Made by a program: the position numbers and the translations under genes. A DNA stretch of 63,770 bases, counting the filler. It is 6 parts of 6 records of this genome, joined end to end, with 100 filler letters (N's around TTAATTAATTAA, not from the genome) between each part and the next. Parts side by side here need not be neighbours in the genome. Positions count along the whole stretch, not along the records: positions 58,770 to 63,770 come from SRR20825010_4957; 5 more parts are not named here. One strand, 5' to 3'. The notes below the pieces were generated by a model, which did not search any database, had not been told where the DNA came from, and saw nothing but the letters and a program-made list of their open reading frames with translations. This document shows, one piece after another, positions 59,522-63,770 of the stretch. Each line of letters begins with the position of its first letter. Within the stretch, counting starts at the first letter, position 1.

Positions 59522-61597
59522 TCAGTCCGGCAAGGCTGCCTGATCGAGAGCCTTCAGCACGGATTGGGTCGTCAGGAGTTCCGACAGGACGATACCCTCA
59601 GGCGCGGCCGGTCCATAGACCGCGTTGAAGGGGATGCCGTAGCGGTCAAAGCTTTCGAGATAGCGCGAGATGGCGTCGTCCGGGCGCGTCCAGTCGGCCT
59701 GCATCAGCGTGATTCCATCGGCGGATAACGCAGTGCGCACGGGGTCGCGTTCCAGCACCAACGCCTTGTTAGCCTTGCAGGTCAGGCACCAATCCGCGGT
59801 GACATCGACAAAGACGACCTTTCCGTTCGACACCTGCCGCGCGATCTCGGCGCGGGCAAAGCTTTGCCACGCCAGCGCGCCGTTGGTCGGCACGGGGGTG
59901 GCTTCGGGCGCGGACACCATGTGGGCGGCCACCAGAGCCAGCCCGGCCAGCAGCGCAGCGCTGGACAGGCGCCGACCCGGTGACATCCGTTTGAGTGATA
60001 GCAGCCCCGTAACCGCCATTGCCAATGCCAGCACGATCAGCGCGGTCCGCGCCCCTGCGACGCCGCTCATGACCCAGACCAGCCATCCAAGGGTGGCCAG
60101 CAGCATCAGCCCCAGCCCCGCCTTGACCAGCAGCATCCAGCGCCCAGGCTTAGGGAGGCGCGTCACCATCCCCGGCCACGCGGCGACCAGAAGGTAGGGC
60201 AGCGCCAGTCCCAGCCCCAGCGCCATAAAGACCACTGCGATATCCAGGCCCCTTCCGGCCAATGCAAAGGCGATGGCGGTGCCCAGCAGGGGCGCTGAAC
60301 AGGGCGTCGCCATGACCGCCGCGAAGAGGCCGGTGGCGAAATCTCCGCCGCCGCTATTGGCCATGCGCGTCTGAAGCCGCGACGGCAGGGAGATTTCGAA
60401 CGCGCCCAGCAGGTTGCCGGTAAAGACCGTCATGACAACGATCAGCACCGCAAGGAAGACAGGGTTCTGAAACTGCACGCCCCAGCCCACGGACACGCCC
60501 GCCCATTTCAACCCATACAGAACCGCCGCAAGCCCCCACATGAAGGTGATGACCCCGGCGGCGGCCGCCAGAAAACCGCGGCGGATGCGCGGGCCATCCT
60601 GCGGATCGTGGCGCAGGACAGTCGAGAGCTTGATCGATAGGACAGGCAGCACGCAGGGCATTGCGTTCAGGATCAGGCCACCAAGGAAGGCCAGCGCGGC
60701 GATTCCGACCAGCTTCCCCGCCCTGGTCCGCTGCGTCGCCAGACGGAAGGGCGGCGCAGGGGCGCGCGTCACCGATGTCGTGGGCACCGTATAGGCGCCA
60801 TCGGCCCCGTCGGTCACGGTAATCAGCGGTGCCTCGGACGGGACGGAGGACAGGATCGGAAGCTGCGCCCAAAGCAGGCTTCCGTCATCGCCCAGCCGTA
60901 TGTCAGGTGCACCGAAGGCGACGCCATCACCGGCCTCGGGGAAGATGTCGGGCGCGTCGAAGGCTTTGGTGCTGCGCAGCGCGATGGTCAGGCTGCGCGC
61001 AGCGTCATCCACATGGAATTGCGCTGAGGTGATCCGGGCGACAGGGGCCTCTTGCGGGACCTTGTCCACGAAACGCCCGATCCGGTCTGCAGAGGTCTGA
61101 TCGATGCCGCTGCCCTGCGGCAGGTCGAGCGTCAGGACGAAATCCTCGGGCACGCAGATCTCGGAACAGACCAGCAGCGACACGGCGGCGTGCAGCCGGG
61201 TTGCGACGCCGGGCTGTTTCAGCGTGATCCGCAAGGGGAACACGACCTCGCCATGATAGCCGAAATTCTGGATGCCGAAGGAAGTGAAGCGTTCCGGCGC
61301 GGGCCATTGGAAATCGATCTCGGCGATGTTGGTCGAGCCGGACCAGTCGACGCGGGGCGGTGTGCCGACCTCGCCCGGTGTGTGCCAGTAGGTCTTCCAT
61401 CCTTCCGCCATGTTCAGGTCCAACCCGGCGGCGAGGGTTCGTGATCCGGGCGCGACACCGTTCTGCGCGGTGATCAGCCGGGCAACGACAGGGGTCGAGC
61501 GGTGGCTGTCGGACGTGGCGGCAAAGGTCTCGGTTGCAATCAGAGACAGAGCGGCCAGCAGCACGGCAAGGCATGTCTTCAGGGGAAGGGTCGTCAC
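59522..61597 (-). CDS. DsbD/ScsB-type protein-disulfide reductase
   Basis: GWKTYW.TPG, CSEIC, LNAMPCVLPV, ATPCSAP, TADWCLTCK. Confidence 0.92.
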   Translation of the reverse strand: MTTLPLKTCLAVLLAALSLIATETFAATSDSHRSTPVVARLITAQNGVAPGSRTLAAGLDLNMAEGWKTYWHTPGEVGTPPRVDWSGSTNIAEIDFQWPAPERFTSFGIQNFGYHGEVVFPLRITLKQPGVATRLHAAVSLLVCSEICVPEDFVLTLDLPQGSGIDQTSADRIGRFVDKVPQEAPVARITSAQFHVDDAARSLTIALRSTKAFDAPDIFPEAGDGVAFGAPDIRLGDDGSLLWAQLPILSSVPSEAPLITVTDGADGAYTVPTTSVTRAPAPPFRLATQRTRAGKLVGIAALAFLGGLILNAMPCVLPVLSIKLSTVLRHDPQDGPRIRRGFLAAAAGVITFMWGLAAVLYGLKWAGVSVGWGVQFQNPVFLAVLIVVMTVFTGNLLGAFEISLPSRLQTRMANSGGGDFATGLFAAVMATPCSAPLLGTAIAFALAGRGLDIAVVFMALGLGLALPYLLVAAWPGMVTRLPKPGRWMLLVKAGLGLMLLATLGWLVWVMSGVAGARTALIVLALAMAVTGLLSLKRMSPGRRLSSAALLAGLALVAAHMVSAPEATPVPTNGALAWQSFARAEIARQVSNGKVVFVDVTADWCLTCKANKALVLERDPVRTALSADGITLMQADWTRPDDAISRYLESFDRYGIPFNAVYGPAAPEGIVLSELLTTQSVLKALDQAALPD

Positions 61598-61598
61598 G

Positions 61599-61826
61599 TC
61601 AGTTTCCCGTGTTCAAGACAAATCCGATGCGACCGTCCGTGCAGCTCAACTGCGCGACGCCGGGCGAAGATGTATCGACGACACGGCAGCCGGGCGGAAG
61701 CAACTCCGCGACCGCGTCACGCCCCTGAGTCGACAGGGCTGAGGGCGACCGCAGACAGTCACTGAGTGTGGCCGAACAGCCTGACAGGACCGCCATGGCC
61801 CCAAGCGCAAAGACGCGTAGGGTCAA
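61599..61826 (-). CDS. Small Cys-containing lipoprotein (75 aa)
   Basis: TTG start after GAGG; lipobox VLSGC; three further Cys; packed tightly between its neighbours. Confidence 0.6.
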   Translation of the reverse strand: MTLRVFALGAMAVLSGCSATLSDCLRSPSALSTQGRDAVAELLPPGCRVVDTSSPGVAQLSCTDGRIGFVLNTGN

Positions 61827-61831
61827 GTGCC

Positions 61832-62104
61832 TCAGGCCTCTTCGGGGCGGCTTTCCTGGCGCGCCTCGGATTTGGCAGTGTCGTGACCGTGGCACGATTT
61901 GCCCATCATCTTGTGCATCACTAGGTGCGCGCCGACACACAGCATCAACGGCGCAAAGGTCAGCGCGTTCGATCCCAGCCCGGACAGCGTGCCCCCGCCG
62001 ATGAAATACCCGGCTATCGGCAGCAGCATCACGGCGCAGCAGGCCATCATGACCCAATGCATCAGTTTCCCTGCGCCCTTGCCAGAGTGTCCATCATCCT
62101 TCAT
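61832..62104 (-). CDS. DUF2933-like small membrane protein (Met/Cys/His-rich)
   Basis: MHWVMMACC...PLMLCVGAHLVMHKMMGKSCH; AAGGA RBS. Confidence 0.75.
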   Translation of the reverse strand: MKDDGHSGKGAGKLMHWVMMACCAVMLLPIAGYFIGGGTLSGLGSNALTFAPLMLCVGAHLVMHKMMGKSCHGHDTAKSEARQESRPEEA

Positions 62105-62136
62105 CGCCCGATCCTTTCGCGGTGACAGCGAGAGCG

Positions 62137-62167
62137 GTTATGGCCCCCTCCTGCAACGGAAGGTCAA
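62137..62167 (-). promoter_or_regulatory. CueR/MerR-type promoter
   Basis: TTGACC-N19-CATAAC with dyad ACCTTCC-GTTGCA-GGAGG. Confidence 0.82.
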
Positions 62168-62262
62168 GGATACAAACAGATACATTTCTCTGGCCCTGCT
62201 GCGATTGATGTGTGCGGCCCGGCCTGTATCTATCATCGCCAAAGCTGACAAAGGATCCGACC

Positions 62263-62829
62263 ATGACAAGACAGGCATCGACACGCCGTGCTGTTCTGCG
62301 CGCGGCCGTGGCTTCGGCCGGGCTGATCGCCATGCCCGGCATTCTGCGCGCGGCGGGGGATGTGCAGCGGCGCAACATCTCGGCGTTTCGTACCCACGAT
62401 TGGCGCGACCACTTCGAACGCCTCGGCAAAGGCATCATCATCGCCGACACCGCCAGCATGATGCTTCAACACTGGACCACAGAGGGTGAGATGCGGCTCT
62501 ACCCTACGTCTGTCCCGCTGACGGACGAGTTGACCAAACGCGGCTACACCGAGGTCGTTGAAAAGCGCAAGAATCCTGGTTGGGCACCGACCCCGTCGAT
62601 GCGCGAGCGCAACCCCGAATGGCCCGCCTATGTCGAGGGCGGAGATCCGACTAATCCCCTGGGAACACGGGCGTTGTACCTTTCGTGGACCTATTACCGG
62701 ATTCATGGCACGCAGGACACGCGCAAGATCGGGCGCAAGTCTTCGAACGGCTGCATCGGCCTCTACAATCGGCAGATCGAAGAGGTATACGACCGCGCGC
62801 CCATCGGCACGCAGGTCAAGTTGATCTGA
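62263..62829 (+). CDS. L,D-transpeptidase (YkuD/ErfK) with Tat signal
   Basis: TRRAVL; P.W.PTPSM, NPLGTRALYL, YRIHGT, SNGCIGL. Confidence 0.92.
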   Translation: MTRQASTRRAVLRAAVASAGLIAMPGILRAAGDVQRRNISAFRTHDWRDHFERLGKGIIIADTASMMLQHWTTEGEMRLYPTSVPLTDELTKRGYTEVVEKRKNPGWAPTPSMRERNPEWPAYVEGGDPTNPLGTRALYLSWTYYRIHGTQDTRKIGRKSSNGCIGLYNRQIEEVYDRAPIGTQVKLI

Positions 62830-62854
62830 ATTCATTCAAGGCAGGAAAGACAAG

Positions 62855-63313
62855 ATGGATAAGTTGATCGGCCTGTTCGGAGTCGTGCTTATCGGTGGGA
62901 TTGCGGCACTGGGATGGCAGATGTTCTCGCCCGCCGCGGCGCCTCAGGGACATTCCATGGTGTCGCCGGATACCGCCGCCATCCCCGAAGGCGCGCTGAT
63001 TGCCGAGATCTCACTGCCGGATGACCTGTCGGCCAATGCCAAGCTGGGCAAAACCATATTCGAGGCGGCCTGCGCCAAGTGTCACGGAAAGAATGCTGCC
63101 GGTCAGAACGGTATCGCACCGCCTCTGGTCCACAAGATCTACGAGCCAAGTCACCACTCGGACATGGCTTTCGTGTTGGCGGCGCAGAATGGCGTGCGGT
63201 CACATCACTGGAGTTTCGGCGACATGCCCAGCGTCGAGGGCGTGACCCAAGGCGACGTCAAGATGATCGTGGCCTATGTGCGTGAATTGCAGCGGGCGAA
63301 CGGGATTAATTGA
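62855..63313 (+). CDS. Membrane-anchored monoheme cytochrome c
   Basis: CAKCHG, PPLVH.IYEPSHH, HHW.FGDMP. Confidence 0.9.
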   Translation: MDKLIGLFGVVLIGGIAALGWQMFSPAAAPQGHSMVSPDTAAIPEGALIAEISLPDDLSANAKLGKTIFEAACAKCHGKNAAGQNGIAPPLVHKIYEPSHHSDMAFVLAAQNGVRSHHWSFGDMPSVEGVTQGDVKMIVAYVRELQRANGIN

Positions 63314-63627
63314 TGCCGGTTCGATCAGGACTTCGGCTGTGTCTCGTCCTACTTTGCGGGTTGGTTTTGGCGTCGCTCGGCGTGACAGAGTTTGGCCCAC
63401 ATCCTGAAAGCACCAGGATCGCTGCCGTCGACGATCATAACCACGAACCCGAGGCGCAGGGCCATTGCCACCCCGGCATCGACTGTGCCGCACCGGTGAT
63501 CTTCATCGCAACGCCCCTGCCAGAGGTCACTTTGGCCTGCCTCGACGCTCCGTGCCAGTCAGAGGCGCGGATGGACAAAGGTTGGCGCTTTACCGATGAT
63601 CCGCCGCCGCCGCGAACACTTGTCTGA
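63313..63627 (+). CDS. His/Cys-rich exported hypothetical protein
   Basis: DDHNHE...HCHPGIDC...DPPPPR. Confidence 0.6.
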   Translation: MPVRSGLRLCLVLLCGLVLASLGVTEFGPHPESTRIAAVDDHNHEPEAQGHCHPGIDCAAPVIFIATPLPEVTLACLDAPCQSEARMDKGWRFTDDPPPPRTLV

Positions 63628-63666
63628 TGACTCAGCTGAAAACATGATCAACGGAGACATGAGACA

Positions 63667-63770
63667 ATGAAGAAAACGACCCTGACAGCCGCTATCCTGA
63701 TTGCCGGCACCACCGTCGCTGCACTTGCACACGGCGGCGCAACCGGCATCGTCAAAGAGCGCATGGAGGC
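63667..63770 (+). CDS. Cytochrome c'/c556-like protein, N-terminal fragment
   Basis: MKKTTLTAAILIAGTTVAALAHGGATGIVKERME; cut by the window end. Confidence 0.7.
   Translation, partial: MKKTTLTAAILIAGTTVAALAHGGATGIVKERME

Noticed and set aside
61599-62057. 152-aa ORF as listed in the track
   Set aside because: Its 5' half overlaps the DUF2933-like gene; only the part from TTG 61826 with a lipobox is credible.

Overview
This window is not one locus. It is six unrelated contigs joined by five identical 100-bp artificial spacers (N44-TTAATTAATTAA-N44), apparently from a mixed marine-type community; taxa below are inferred from gene content and GC only. (1) 1-4702, alphaproteobacterial: NUDIX hydrolase, DUF1223, acnA. 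(2) 4803-9652, Rhizobiales-type flagellar block: rem/ftcR, flgE, flgK, flgL, flaF, flbT. (3) 9753-39773, alphaproteobacterial (Kordiimonas-like): MocR regulon, carbonic anhydrase, transporters, amidohydrolases, PAS proteins, pspFABC, fasciclin, S9 peptidase, EAL protein, lepA. (4) 39874-52116, low-GC Bacteroidetes (Cytophagales-like): partial tRNA-Arg(TCG), sucC, lolD, bcp, apaG, ung, beta-propeller lipoproteins. (5) 52217-58669, alphaproteobacterial: ffh-rpsP-rimM-trmD-rplS-leuC and dapF. (6) 58770-63770, Rhodobacteraceae-type copper island with a CueR-type promoter. The most notable region is 29210-31800: an HUH/Y1 (RAYT-like) transposase bounded by perfect 18-bp terminal inverted repeats sits among fragments of an Rhs toxin/immunity island (orphan Rhs C-terminus, two candidate immunity genes, a truncated XRE-like tail). 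Other highlights are an Arg-rich small ORF and structured leader ahead of pspA, several candidate anti-Shine-Dalgarno sRNAs, and REP-like palindromes flanking a lipoprotein gene in the Bacteroidetes contig.
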